This document shows, in pieces, positions 17,930 to 27,135 of a stretch of DNA of 64,000 nucleotides (positions are counted from its first letter, which is position 1; each line of letters opens with the position of its first letter). The position numbers and the translations under genes were made by a program. This DNA comes from Candidatus Poribacteria bacterium. Lineage in GTDB: Bacteria > Poribacteria > WGA-4E > WGA-3G. Under the pieces are notes generated by a model, which did no database searches, was not told where the DNA came from, and was given only the letters and a program-made list of their open reading frames with translations. Where the stretch lies: positions 2,016,001 through 2,080,000 of the forward strand of contig OZ242029.1 in NCBI GenBank assembly GCA_965205015.1. The letters are read 5' to 3'.

Positions 17930-18298
17930 TTACGGCAGGCCCTCAATTGTTACCTCGCCATCAGTTATGACATCTGCTGTCAGACGATTTCCATAGAGAA
18001 GAGACATACCGATTAACGGTTTACCACTTGTTCGTAGCACCTGTACGATACGGTTTTCTCCCTGCCACAATACCATTCCAAGATATAGACCTATATCTAT
18101 CTCATTTCCATCACCCAGAGTTATGGGGAGTTCACCAATTCGTGGAAGCCCAAGGCGGTCAATTAAATCACCCGGTAGCGTTAGTTCCCCGGTGAAACCT
18201 GTATCAATGATTGCTTCAACTTTCTCCGTATCATTTGCGTCAACAATTTCCAGTTCAATGATTGCTTCTTGATTATTGACGATTTTTCCTGTTATCAT
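17930..18298 (-). CDS. Clan AA aspartic protease (AF_0612-like)
   Basis: AIIDTGFTGELTLP, PLIGMSLL. Confidence 0.85.
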   Translation of the reverse strand: MITGKIVNNQEAIIELEIVDANDTEKVEAIIDTGFTGELTLPGDLIDRLGLPRIGELPITLGDGNEIDIGLYLGMVLWQGENRIVQVLRTSGKPLIGMSLLYGNRLTADVITDGEVTIEGLP

Positions 18299-18600
18299 TG
18301 TGATTGTTTAGTGTTGGTCTTGACTGTGTTTGTTAGAATGCCATAAGTGCCTCTAAAACCCAGTTGATACGCGGCCCGGTGTCCGATTTTCAGTAGGTAA
18401 ATCACAGCATCAGGATGCTTCGCGAGGAGGCGAGTAATAGCTACCGTCCCATTGGCGTCAATTTCATAATCTTCCGTTTCAATGTCAATCGCCAAGAATT
18501 TTCCATTGTGGTGTGGTTCGACCTTGTCTCGGAGTTGCTGATATATCGTTTTCCCGCGAGTCGCGGTGGTTTCAGTTGTGTTGTTTGAATATCGCATCAT
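18295..18600 (-). CDS. Small hypothetical protein coupled to the aspartic protease
   Basis: GKFLAIDIETEDYEID...HPDA..YLLKIG; ATGA overlap with the protease gene. Confidence 0.75.
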   Translation of the reverse strand: MMRYSNNTTETTATRGKTIYQQLRDKVEPHHNGKFLAIDIETEDYEIDANGTVAITRLLAKHPDAVIYLLKIGHRAAYQLGFRGTYGILTNTVKTNTKQSQ

Positions 18601-18643
18601 AATTCTCTCAAAGTTTCAGAGTTTGTTTTAAAGCCGGATCTGG

Positions 18644-19540
18644 TCAATCATCTTCCAATTTCTCTAAGTAGGAGATGAAGGCATCGAGTTCTCTGAAGAT
18701 GCTGTCAAATACTGAGTTAACCTGCTTTGCCTTCTGTTCTATTTTTTGATAATCCAGTTCATCCGTAGAGAAACGAATGAAAAGGTAGCGAAACTCTAAA
18801 AACTCCTGAAGATGTCCCAAAGTTGTTTTGGAAATCACGGGTGACCGTTCACCATACGGCTCTGCCATCTGTGCCAGTAGTTCCTTATGCTCTCTATTTC
18901 CATCGGGCAAGCATAGATCAACCTCAAGGGCAATTTTCCTAAAGATGTTCTCCATGCCCATATAGCAATCCGAGAGATATTTGGCAATTGTAACTTCTAT
19001 GGCTGTTCTGTATTTTATCGGAGCGGTCTTGATTTTCCGTAACGCTTTTTGAATTCCTTTAATGGACCTTTCTATTTTCGGGCGTTCATCGGAGATGTCT
19101 TGTATCAACTGGTTCCGGTCCACCGGATAGGTTTCACCTTTTGCGATTCTAACTGCTTGACTTTCAATTCTTTCACGATATAACGCTGGACAACTCTTGA
19201 AATCGACCAGAGCCACCTTGAATAGTCGGCTGATGTCTTCGGCTTCCCAAACTGCACGGAAATACTGATCATTTGGGATATCCCAGACAGCAATGTCGAG
19301 ATCTGACCATTTTGAAAAAGCGTCTGGTTCAGCAAGCGATCCGAAAACAACAACCTGTGTTGCACCAAAATCTTCATAGAGCATAGCCGCTATCCGATGG
19401 GCAGTCTGCCAGGCGCGCTGCAGTAACGCCTCGTCCACCTTTCGGTTTTGAAACTGCTGATTGAGCCGTCGGCTGTATTCCGCTAATTCTTCAGGCGATA
19501 AATCTTTCGCTGTGCGATGAGTATCTGTGGGGTGATGCAT
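18644..19540 (-). CDS. Fused minimal nucleotidyltransferase (MNT) + HEPN-like domain (HEPN motif degenerate)
   Basis: FGSLAEPDAFSKWSDLDIAV (GSx10DxD); C-terminal YMGMENIF..IA...HKELL.QM; FRYLFIRF in place of the RH-containing motif. Confidence 0.8.
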   Translation of the reverse strand: MHHPTDTHRTAKDLSPEELAEYSRRLNQQFQNRKVDEALLQRAWQTAHRIAAMLYEDFGATQVVVFGSLAEPDAFSKWSDLDIAVWDIPNDQYFRAVWEAEDISRLFKVALVDFKSCPALYRERIESQAVRIAKGETYPVDRNQLIQDISDERPKIERSIKGIQKALRKIKTAPIKYRTAIEVTIAKYLSDCYMGMENIFRKIALEVDLCLPDGNREHKELLAQMAEPYGERSPVISKTTLGHLQEFLEFRYLFIRFSTDELDYQKIEQKAKQVNSVFDSIFRELDAFISYLEKLEDD

Positions 19541-19591
19541 ACCACTATCTCCTTAGAGAATAGGATAGCACAAAGTGGCTTGGCATGCAAG

Positions 19592-19629
19592 AAAAAAGAG
19601 ACGGATAACCTTTTCGGCTTTCCCGTCTC
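19592..19629 (-). terminator. Rho-independent terminator of the Uma2 gene
   Basis: gagacgg/ccgtctc stem with A6 tract (U-run on minus strand). Confidence 0.55.
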
Positions 19630-19677
19630 AATTGTCCGGAAATCTGTTGTGTTTTGACGTATGCTACTTCCTTTAGT

Positions 19678-20424
19678 TTACAAGCCTGATTTCAGGCGTT
19701 CCAGTTCTTCTCGGAGTTGTGCGACTTCCGCTTCCGCCTTCTGTCGGGCAGTGGCTTCCTGATTGGCGCGTTCTTCTGCGTCCTCGGCACGATCTTCTGC
19801 GTCTTCAGCACGCATCTGGGCAGCTTCAGCAGCAGTATTGAGCCATTCTTCTGCCTCCGGATCGTAGATATCAAAACTGTCATCAAGCAGGTGGAATTCT
19901 AAACCGAGTCTCTCAGAAGGAATTCCACCATTGGTGAGTGCCGGTATTTCGACATACGCGTGTCCGATGAGCCGAAACCCCATCAAAGGGGTTGGTAAAT
20001 AACGCCTATCAACATCGTAGAGGAAGTATTCAGGAATACCGATCTCTGCGTAGAGCTGCACCTTTCCAGTCAGATCATTACGGTAAGTGCCTTTGCTTGA
20101 GAACTCTAAGACGAAGTCAGGCGGTTTTCCCTCTTCCCATATCTTATAAATACGGCGTTCCTTCTTGCCGATACCGAAGGCAACGAAAATGTCAGGCGAG
20201 ATAGATTTACGCGGATCGCCTTCTTCGTAATACATCATCATATCCCCAAGGACATAGACATCAGGTATATGCGCGAAATGGGATTCAAGAGACTGCAAAA
20301 GCCAGAGGAGAATTTCTCTATGTAGAGCGCTAGCTGCCATAGGTTGACCGTCTGTTTCAGGATAAAGGTCGCTTGTGTCTGGTGGGGCGTAAGGAATTTT
20401 AAGACCGTTTCGGTGGGTTTCCAT
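19678..20424 (-). CDS. Uma2 family (PD-(D/E)XK) endonuclease with coiled-coil tail
   Basis: YPETDGQPM, SPDIFVAFG, PPDFVLEFSS, GIPEYFLYD; RAEDAEDRAEDAEERA tail. Confidence 0.9.
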   Translation of the reverse strand: METHRNGLKIPYAPPDTSDLYPETDGQPMAASALHREILLWLLQSLESHFAHIPDVYVLGDMMMYYEEGDPRKSISPDIFVAFGIGKKERRIYKIWEEGKPPDFVLEFSSKGTYRNDLTGKVQLYAEIGIPEYFLYDVDRRYLPTPLMGFRLIGHAYVEIPALTNGGIPSERLGLEFHLLDDSFDIYDPEAEEWLNTAAEAAQMRAEDAEDRAEDAEERANQEATARQKAEAEVAQLREELERLKSGL

Positions 20425-20476
20425 CGGTATTTCTCCTTTGCCTTGAGATGTGTGAAAGTAAATTTAAAGTTTTGGG

Positions 20477-20710
20477 CTATGATCTGGATAGTGCCTTTTC
20501 GACAGCACTGGGTAGTTGGATGAGGTGAAAACGGTTAATTGCGTAGGCATAGTCTTCGCCGCTTTCGTCTATGACACGGATATAACCGTGAGATGCTGCT
20601 TCGTTATCCTGAATCACACGATAAACTTTCCCGACTTCAAGTGAGGCAGCATATCCTTCGTTATTAAGGCACAGACCAAATTGCGGAAATTGATTTTCTT
20701 TTTTGTTCAT
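20477..20710 (-). CDS. Small hypothetical protein, second gene of a two-gene TA-like pair
   Basis: CLNNEGYAASLEVGKVY...GYIRVIDESGEDY; starts 2 nt after the stop of 20713-20949. Confidence 0.75.
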   Translation of the reverse strand: MNKKENQFPQFGLCLNNEGYAASLEVGKVYRVIQDNEAASHGYIRVIDESGEDYAYAINRFHLIQLPSAVEKALSRS

Positions 20711-20712
20711 TT

Positions 20713-20949
20713 TTAGTTAAGAAATGGGAGTTTAATCTTAAGTTCTCTCTTGCCGATGTTGTCAGCTTGATACCAATGAACTTCAGCAAGACGGACTGAA
20801 CCGTCAATCAGTTGGACGTATGCTACTCCCTTTAGCTTACGCTATCTACCTTGACCATACTGACGTTGTAACCGAGCGCGGTTTCGGATACCACCGCCGC
20901 GACTAATTGTTTCAATTTGCGTGATTTCTCCAATAATTTCAAAATCCAT
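20713..20949 (-). pseudogene. 78-codon basic protein gene interrupted by TAG (20842-20844); missing from the ORF track
   Basis: MDFEIIGEITQIETISRGGGIRNRARLQRQYGQGR*RKLKGVAYVQLIDGSVRLAEVHWYQADNIGKRELKIKLPFLN. Confidence 0.75.
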
Positions 20950-21053
20950 TCCAGTATATCTTCCCAATTGATACTGAATTGTAGCACATCTCTAACGATC
21001 TCTCAAATTAAAATCCCTAAATCAGAAGTGTATACAAAGGCGTTGTTTTGATC

Positions 21054-22985
21054 TTAAGGCCAGAAATTATACATCGGCTGTTGCGTCACAACACTCACAA
21101 GACTCCAGATACCACCGACAGTGAAATCACCCAACATCAACCCAATCGCGAACATCACCAGCTGCTGCGATGCCCGCGGACCGCCAATCTTCAAGACACT
21201 CCACTTGATAATCGAACTCACCAGCATACAACTCCACAGATACCGCATGCCCCAATCGCTGGAGACAACAAACCCGATCGGATGGAAGGGCCACCAGAAG
21301 AAACGCGCCCGCATGAACATCAAGAGCGTCGAAAAGAGTAAACCAAACACAATGCCGCCAGTCGCGTAGAGATTCGGTTCAGTCGGATAATAGATCCAAC
21401 GCTGGAGTCCGTTAAAGACGCGTCCACCGAAACCGGTTGCCCAACCGCTCCCACCCCCCATATTCAAAGCCCCATGGGTATAGAAGATATAGAGGATAAC
21501 GCCGAACACCATTACGGCAGCGAATCCCGAAACCCCTAACAGCGCGAAGAACAACCGCCTGGGTGCAATTCCAGAGCGTTCCGAGAGTTTGAAACCCTCT
21601 AACTGGTGGGGCATCGGGTGGCTCGTGTAACTCCGATTAAACCAACGGTAGAGCGTTAGCGCAACGAGGTTGTTTGTGCCAAGTAGCCGTGTGCCAAATC
21701 CGTCAACGAGGATATGATGGTTCGGCATGTTCTCCATCGCATGCACGGGAAACCCCTGTTCCGCGCGCATCCGTGTGAGCACCAAAGCGATGATAAAATA
21801 GATCGCGAAAAACAACGGAATCAGCCAGAGGGACATACCGATACGTTTGGAAAAAATAAAAAGTGTTACGAGTCCGACAACGATACCCCAGAGCGCAAGC
21901 CTGTAGGAAATCGGTTCGTCAGCATCCTCATCCGTGCGGTGACGTGCGATACGAAGGACGCCGCGAAAGTGGCGTAGGTTCAGTACTACAACAGAAATAA
22001 AAATGCCGATGGCAGCACCGAAGCATTGCCTATCAATATAGGGAAACCCCGGTAGACTGGACAAGCCAGCGGCACTCGCTAAAACCAATTGTGCTTTGTA
22101 GAAAATGAAGAAGAACCAACTGGAGAAGGATAAGTCGAGCGGCATCAATAATCCAAGTCCGATAACGAACGGATAATAAGACATACTGATCCCACCGATG
22201 GCGTTCCACGGCTTTTCTGTGAACAGGTGTCCAAATCCCCGCCAACCACCGATCCGCTTGATCGGTAAGGTAGGAAGCGTCGGATACAGGAAACTCAAGC
22301 CGTTGAGAATCGCGATAGATGCCGCAATCCCGAATCCGAGCCACGTGATACGGTGCGAAAACAGTGATTTCGTGTTGTGGGTAACGTGAAACGCAATCTG
22401 TGTGATCGGATAGGCGAGACGTTCGCGTTCCACCCACTGTTTTCGTAAAATGACGTTGATGCACAACATCACGAGGATTAGGACCGTCATGAACGCTGCC
22501 CAAGATAAGATTGGCACGATCCATACACCGATTATGTCTACGATAGAGAGACTCGATTCTCCTGTATAGTACCCCGCCAGTGCCTTTGGATTGTCGACAA
22601 GAAGCCATCTCGGAAGGTAATCATAGAAGAGCTGTTTCCATTCATTTTCGGGGGTTGCGAAATAAAAGGCGTGTCCGACGGTCGTGACAAGAATCGTCAT
22701 CAGCGTAATGGAGGGAAAAGCGCATGCCGTGCTGAGCAGGATGTATATCGTGAGGAGTTCTGCATCGGTGAAGAGGCGGCGGCGAACCGAGAGATTGAGA
22801 AGCGTGAACGCAAACACCACGAAGACGACGTTGTAAAACGGCACGGCGTAGGTATTCAGCGCATAACCGACAAGCCCGACTTCACCCGCAATGATCCAGT
22901 AGAAATTAAACGGAATCAGCACGAGCGTAATAGCAATAGACTTCCACGTGACACCGTGCGATCTGCGACGTTGATCTTCCTTCAT
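21054..22985 (-). CDS. Multi-pass membrane protein (DUF6785/DUF6784-like putative transporter)
   Basis: ILRKQWVERERLAYPI, FWWPFHPIG, LTRMRAEQG; many TM helices. Confidence 0.8.
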   Translation of the reverse strand: MKEDQRRRSHGVTWKSIAITLVLIPFNFYWIIAGEVGLVGYALNTYAVPFYNVVFVVFAFTLLNLSVRRRLFTDAELLTIYILLSTACAFPSITLMTILVTTVGHAFYFATPENEWKQLFYDYLPRWLLVDNPKALAGYYTGESSLSIVDIIGVWIVPILSWAAFMTVLILVMLCINVILRKQWVERERLAYPITQIAFHVTHNTKSLFSHRITWLGFGIAASIAILNGLSFLYPTLPTLPIKRIGGWRGFGHLFTEKPWNAIGGISMSYYPFVIGLGLLMPLDLSFSSWFFFIFYKAQLVLASAAGLSSLPGFPYIDRQCFGAAIGIFISVVVLNLRHFRGVLRIARHRTDEDADEPISYRLALWGIVVGLVTLFIFSKRIGMSLWLIPLFFAIYFIIALVLTRMRAEQGFPVHAMENMPNHHILVDGFGTRLLGTNNLVALTLYRWFNRSYTSHPMPHQLEGFKLSERSGIAPRRLFFALLGVSGFAAVMVFGVILYIFYTHGALNMGGGSGWATGFGGRVFNGLQRWIYYPTEPNLYATGGIVFGLLFSTLLMFMRARFFWWPFHPIGFVVSSDWGMRYLWSCMLVSSIIKWSVLKIGGPRASQQLVMFAIGLMLGDFTVGGIWSLVSVVTQQPMYNFWP

Positions 22986-22992
22986 GGGCGGC

Positions 22993-23916
22993 TTAGGTCC
23001 CGTTCAAAAAAGCATTGAATGCATCTAGCTCTTCGGTGACACTCTCAAACAGTTCACCTACCCGCTTCGCGTGTTTCTCCGCCTTTTTGTAGATCAATTC
23101 ATCGCCATAGATATTGTTAACCTTATGACGAGACCTTAAAAGTTGTCTTAATCGCTGCAGGGTGCCTTCGGAAATGACAGGCGGACGTTCTGGACGACGT
23201 TCTGCCATCTGTGTGAGCAAATCGGTATGCCATCGCTCACCCTTAGGCAAGTGTTTGTCAATTTCATTAGCAATTCGCTCAAAGATTCTCTCTATGCCAC
23301 TGTAAACTTCAGCGAGTTTTTTGGCAGTTAACTCTTCAAAAAATTTTCTGTGATAAGGAGTGGCTACCTCAATTTCTTGCAAGAGTTCCGTGATGCTTCC
23401 AATAGTCTGGTCTATTTTTGTACGTTCATCAGAGATACGTCGAATCAGTTCGTCGCGATTCACTATATAAGTTTCTCCATTTTCTGGGCTTGATGCGTTC
23501 ACCAATGTGAGAATGTCCATCCCCGCTTTATCAATAGGGATAGCTTGGCTTAGAACCCGCTCTCGGAATGAACTGTTAATGGATTTAAAATTGATAATAT
23601 CTATCCTAAACTCAGGACTCAAACCTTTTGTCTCCCAGAGCGCGTCCAGGCATTTGTTATATGATACCCCCCAAACAACGATATCAATGTCCGAGTTTTG
23701 GGTGAACCGTTCCGGTTCAGTGAGGGATCCGAAGGCGGCAACTTTCGTCGCACCAAAGTCTTGATAAAGGACAGCGGCGAGACGACGCGCCGTCTCCCAT
23801 GCGCGTTGAAGCAACGCTTTGTCAACCCGACGGTTTTCCCATTGGTGCTTGAGGTTTTCTCTGCACTCCGCAAGTTCTGATGGAGACATCTCTCTTGCTG
23901 TAGGTGCGCTATGCAT
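22993..23916 (-). CDS. Fused MNT nucleotidyltransferase + HEPN-like RNase domain
   Basis: FGSLTEPERFTQNSDIDIVV; YSGIERIFERIA...WHTDLL.QM...RHKVNNIY; paralog of 18644-19540. Confidence 0.82.
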   Translation of the reverse strand: MHSAPTAREMSPSELAECRENLKHQWENRRVDKALLQRAWETARRLAAVLYQDFGATKVAAFGSLTEPERFTQNSDIDIVVWGVSYNKCLDALWETKGLSPEFRIDIINFKSINSSFRERVLSQAIPIDKAGMDILTLVNASSPENGETYIVNRDELIRRISDERTKIDQTIGSITELLQEIEVATPYHRKFFEELTAKKLAEVYSGIERIFERIANEIDKHLPKGERWHTDLLTQMAERRPERPPVISEGTLQRLRQLLRSRHKVNNIYGDELIYKKAEKHAKRVGELFESVTEELDAFNAFLNGT

Positions 23917-23995
23917 GTTCAGAATCTCCTACCATCTGTCCGTTTTGAGACTGGGCGAAGTTGCGAATGTAAACCTGATTAGAGTCTCTGTTATA

Positions 23996-24982
23996 TCACG
24001 GTTGAATAGAACCAGCATAAAGATCGTTCAAAGCGTCTTCTGGAAGAGGTTCTGGGCTACTCTTGGCGAATTCAAGTGCCGCTTCAAGTTCGTTTGCGAG
24101 TTCAGTCTCAAGTGCCGAGAGTTCATCTTGCGTCATCCCCTCTTCTTCGATGAGAACCGCGGCGAGTCTCCGAATCGGATCGCGCTGGCGTTCTTGCTCC
24201 TGGACTTCCTCGCGGTCGCGGTAAGATGTCCCCGGATCACCGATGTGATGTCCTCGGAATCTGTAAGTATCGCAGTTGAGGAGCGTCGGTCCACCCCCTT
24301 CACGGGCGCGTGTGACGGCTTCGTCCGCTGCAGCGTAAACCTTAAGAACATCGTTCCCATCAACAGTGATGCCCGGCATATCATAGGCAGGCGCACGGAC
24401 AGCCGCAATATCTTCTACCCGCTGATGCTCGCGTTGTGGCGTTCCCATACCGAATCGGTTGTTTTCACACACAAAGATGACAGGTAATTCCCATACCGCA
24501 GCGAGGTTCAGCGTCTCATGGAACACCCCTTGGTTGGTCGCGCCATCACCAAAGAAGGACACTGCGACTTGCTGTGTCCCGCGAAGTTTAGCAGAGAGCC
24601 CCGCACCCGCCGCAAGCGGGATTCCAGCACCAACAACGCCGTTGGCACCCAGAATACCCGTCTCTTTATCGGCAATATGCATCGAACCGCCCTTGCCTTT
24701 ACAATAACCGGTGGTACGTGCGAACAACTCCGCCATCATCCGGTCGCGTTTACCGCCCTTTGCAATAAGATGTCCGTGGCCGCGGTGGGTACTCGTGATA
24801 TAATCAGCATCTTGCAAGTGCGCACAAACCCCTACGGCTGTGGCTTCTTCGCCGATGTAAAGATGCAAAAAACCCGGAAGTTGACCACTCTGATAAAGCG
24901 TGCCAGCGGCTTCTTCAAATTGACGAATCTCTAACATCTTACGATACATATACAGCATCTGATCTTTACTCGGTTTTGACAT
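23996..24982 (-). CDS. TPP-dependent dehydrogenase E1 alpha subunit (acetoin/pyruvate type)
   Basis: GFLHLYIGEEA, THRGHGH, GKGGSMH, GDGA...ENN, TYRFRGH. Confidence 0.93.
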   Translation of the reverse strand: MSKPSKDQMLYMYRKMLEIRQFEEAAGTLYQSGQLPGFLHLYIGEEATAVGVCAHLQDADYITSTHRGHGHLIAKGGKRDRMMAELFARTTGYCKGKGGSMHIADKETGILGANGVVGAGIPLAAGAGLSAKLRGTQQVAVSFFGDGATNQGVFHETLNLAAVWELPVIFVCENNRFGMGTPQREHQRVEDIAAVRAPAYDMPGITVDGNDVLKVYAAADEAVTRAREGGGPTLLNCDTYRFRGHHIGDPGTSYRDREEVQEQERQRDPIRRLAAVLIEEEGMTQDELSALETELANELEAALEFAKSSPEPLPEDALNDLYAGSIQP

Positions 24983-25045
24983 AATTCCTTCCTATTTTCT
25001 GTCTTGTTACAAGCGTTAAAGACGTTTTGCCAGTTTCATGGGCAT

Positions 25046-25762
25046 TCAGTTCAAGAATTGTGAAACTTCAAAGGGCGCGATACATTCCGGCGAATCGTTC
25101 GTAGGACGGTTGACGAACCTTGACACCGGGTACGCCTCCATTTCCGCATCGGTATACGGCACAAGAAGGGGTTGAAGCACATCCGATGATCGTTCATCTG
25201 GTACGAGCCATTCCGCATAAGCGTTTTGCGGCAGAATTACCGGCATTCTATGATGAATTTCCTCCAAAAACGCGTTCGGTGGACATGTAATGATCGTGCA
25301 AGAGCGGAGCGGTTCATCCATCCCATCCGCCTGCCATACCTCCCATAATCCCGCGAGTGCGAACGGTTGCTGCGATTTAAGACGGATGTAGACCGGTTGT
25401 TTGTTTCTGTCACCAGGGATCTGTTTCCATTCATAGTAGCCATCCGCTAAGATGAGACAGCGCCTGCGTTTGTATGCGTTCCGGAAGGAGGGTTTTTCTG
25501 AAAGCGTTTCCGAACGGGCATTGATCATCCGATTGCCGATTTTCGGGTCTTTCGCCCAAGACGGAATAAGTCCCCAATGAAAGAATTCCACCTGTCCTGT
25601 TTCTGGATGCTCCCCTGTATCCGGCAATGTATTTGCAATAACAGCGACATCTTGTGTCGGTGCGATATTATAGCGCGGGGACAAGTCCAGCGGCATCCCA
25701 AAGTCGAAGAAAGTTTGATGCAAGGCTTCAGCATCACTTGCGAGGGTAAATCGTCCGCACAT
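25046..25762 (-). CDS. SOS response-associated peptidase (SRAP/YedK family)
   Basis: N-terminal MCGRF, RYNIAP, INARSE, GYYEW, IHHRMPVIL. Confidence 0.95.
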   Translation of the reverse strand: MCGRFTLASDAEALHQTFFDFGMPLDLSPRYNIAPTQDVAVIANTLPDTGEHPETGQVEFFHWGLIPSWAKDPKIGNRMINARSETLSEKPSFRNAYKRRRCLILADGYYEWKQIPGDRNKQPVYIRLKSQQPFALAGLWEVWQADGMDEPLRSCTIITCPPNAFLEEIHHRMPVILPQNAYAEWLVPDERSSDVLQPLLVPYTDAEMEAYPVSRFVNRPTNDSPECIAPFEVSQFLN

Positions 25763-25821
25763 TTTTAATCTCCTAAAATGGAGCAGACACGGAGGTCTGT
25801 TCTTACAAAACGAGGATTGCC

Positions 25822-26661
25822 CTACACATCCTTTTTAGATTGTGGAACGAGAATATCATCTCTCCAGCGAAGACGGAAGGATGGGCGCACAAGTGCTTCT
25901 GGAGACTGAAGCGTCAAACCCCCATCGGCAGTCAAGACGATTCCAGTAACAAAATCCGCCTCATCAGATGCCAAGAAAAGCGCAGCATTGGCAATATCTT
26001 CAGGTTTCCCGTAGCGACCAATCGGATAGCAATCGCGAGAGGCTTGTTCTTCGAGTGAATCTTCAGCAAGAGAGACTTCACCTCTTTCGCCGACGATCTG
26101 TCCGGGGGCGATAGCGTTCGCACGGATACCATCCCTACCGTAATCAAGCGCAATACTTCGCGTCAGAGCGTTCAGACCCCCCTTTCCAGCACCGTAAAGC
26201 CCAAACCCTGGATTTGTAATTGTAGCGTTGACCGTGGAGATGAACACCAAGGCACCGCCGCCATTACGGATCATTTCAGGAATGCAATACTTCGCACCGA
26301 GCCACGGTCCACCGAGCGTCACGCCAAGGCTTTCGTTCCATTCTTCCGTCGTGAATTCAATCGCTTTTTTGGTGTAAGAATGCGCGGCGTTATGGACAAG
26401 GGTGGTTATTTTCCCATAGTTCGACAAGGCGGTTTCGATAAGGGTCTGCCACGTCGTTTCATCGGCGACATCACCCATGACGGCAATTGCGTGTCCACCC
26501 GCATCTTGAATACGATGGACAGTTTCATCAAGTTTTTCCTTGCGGCGGCGCGTATTAACAACCACTTTCGCACCTTCGCAAGCAAACCTATAAGCAGTCG
26601 CCGCCCCAATACCCCCCCAGGCGGCACCCGCGACAATCGCAACTTTTCCTTCCAGTCTCAT
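25822..26661 (-). CDS. SDR family oxidoreductase
   Basis: KVAIVAGAAWGGIG, HNAA, YGAGK (YxxxK), NAIAPG, DGG. Confidence 0.92.
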   Translation of the reverse strand: MRLEGKVAIVAGAAWGGIGAATAYRFACEGAKVVVNTRRRKEKLDETVHRIQDAGGHAIAVMGDVADETTWQTLIETALSNYGKITTLVHNAAHSYTKKAIEFTTEEWNESLGVTLGGPWLGAKYCIPEMIRNGGGALVFISTVNATITNPGFGLYGAGKGGLNALTRSIALDYGRDGIRANAIAPGQIVGERGEVSLAEDSLEEQASRDCYPIGRYGKPEDIANAALFLASDEADFVTGIVLTADGGLTLQSPEALVRPSFRLRWRDDILVPQSKKDV

Positions 26662-26763
26662 AATGAATCCTTTCGTTGTGATTCTACAACTTGCCAACTA
26701 TTATAACATATTTTTCACTTTTATGCTACAATGTTAATAACCGTAATGAAGGGAGAAACGCGT

Positions 26764-27123
26764 GTGAAACCAGCGATACAAGAATGGCTCAATAATTGTA
26801 TTGAAAAACTTCAGGCAGGCGAGTTGACCGAAACTGACTTGCGCGATGTAACTGCCGCTTTGAATTCTGAGAAACAACTGATTCTCTATCTCTATTCTAA
26901 ATCAACGAACTTACGCTCACCGCTTGGTGGATGGGCATTATACGATCCAACCGCGCCGGATGAACCAGTACTCCCCTCACAAGATGTTCCGTACGCATCC
27001 GTGCTTGAAGCGGTTAACGATGGGTGGAGAATTGTTCAATTCCCGCGCCCAGAACTTTACAACTTTTCGGATGTCGACAACGCCTATCTTACGTATGAGT
27101 TTGTTTTAGAGAAATTTGTATAA
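26764..27123 (+). CDS. Hypothetical protein paired with PhyH dioxygenase
   Basis: GTG after GAAGGGAG; QLILYLYS...PYASVLEAVNDGWRIVQFP...EFVLEK. Confidence 0.7.
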   Translation: MKPAIQEWLNNCIEKLQAGELTETDLRDVTAALNSEKQLILYLYSKSTNLRSPLGGWALYDPTAPDEPVLPSQDVPYASVLEAVNDGWRIVQFPRPELYNFSDVDNAYLTYEFVLEKFV

Positions 27124-27135
27124 AGGAAGCGCGCA

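Noticed and set aside
20842-20844. Pyrrolysine readthrough of TAG
   Set aside because: No Pyl context or machinery in view; a single TGG to TAG nonsense change is simpler
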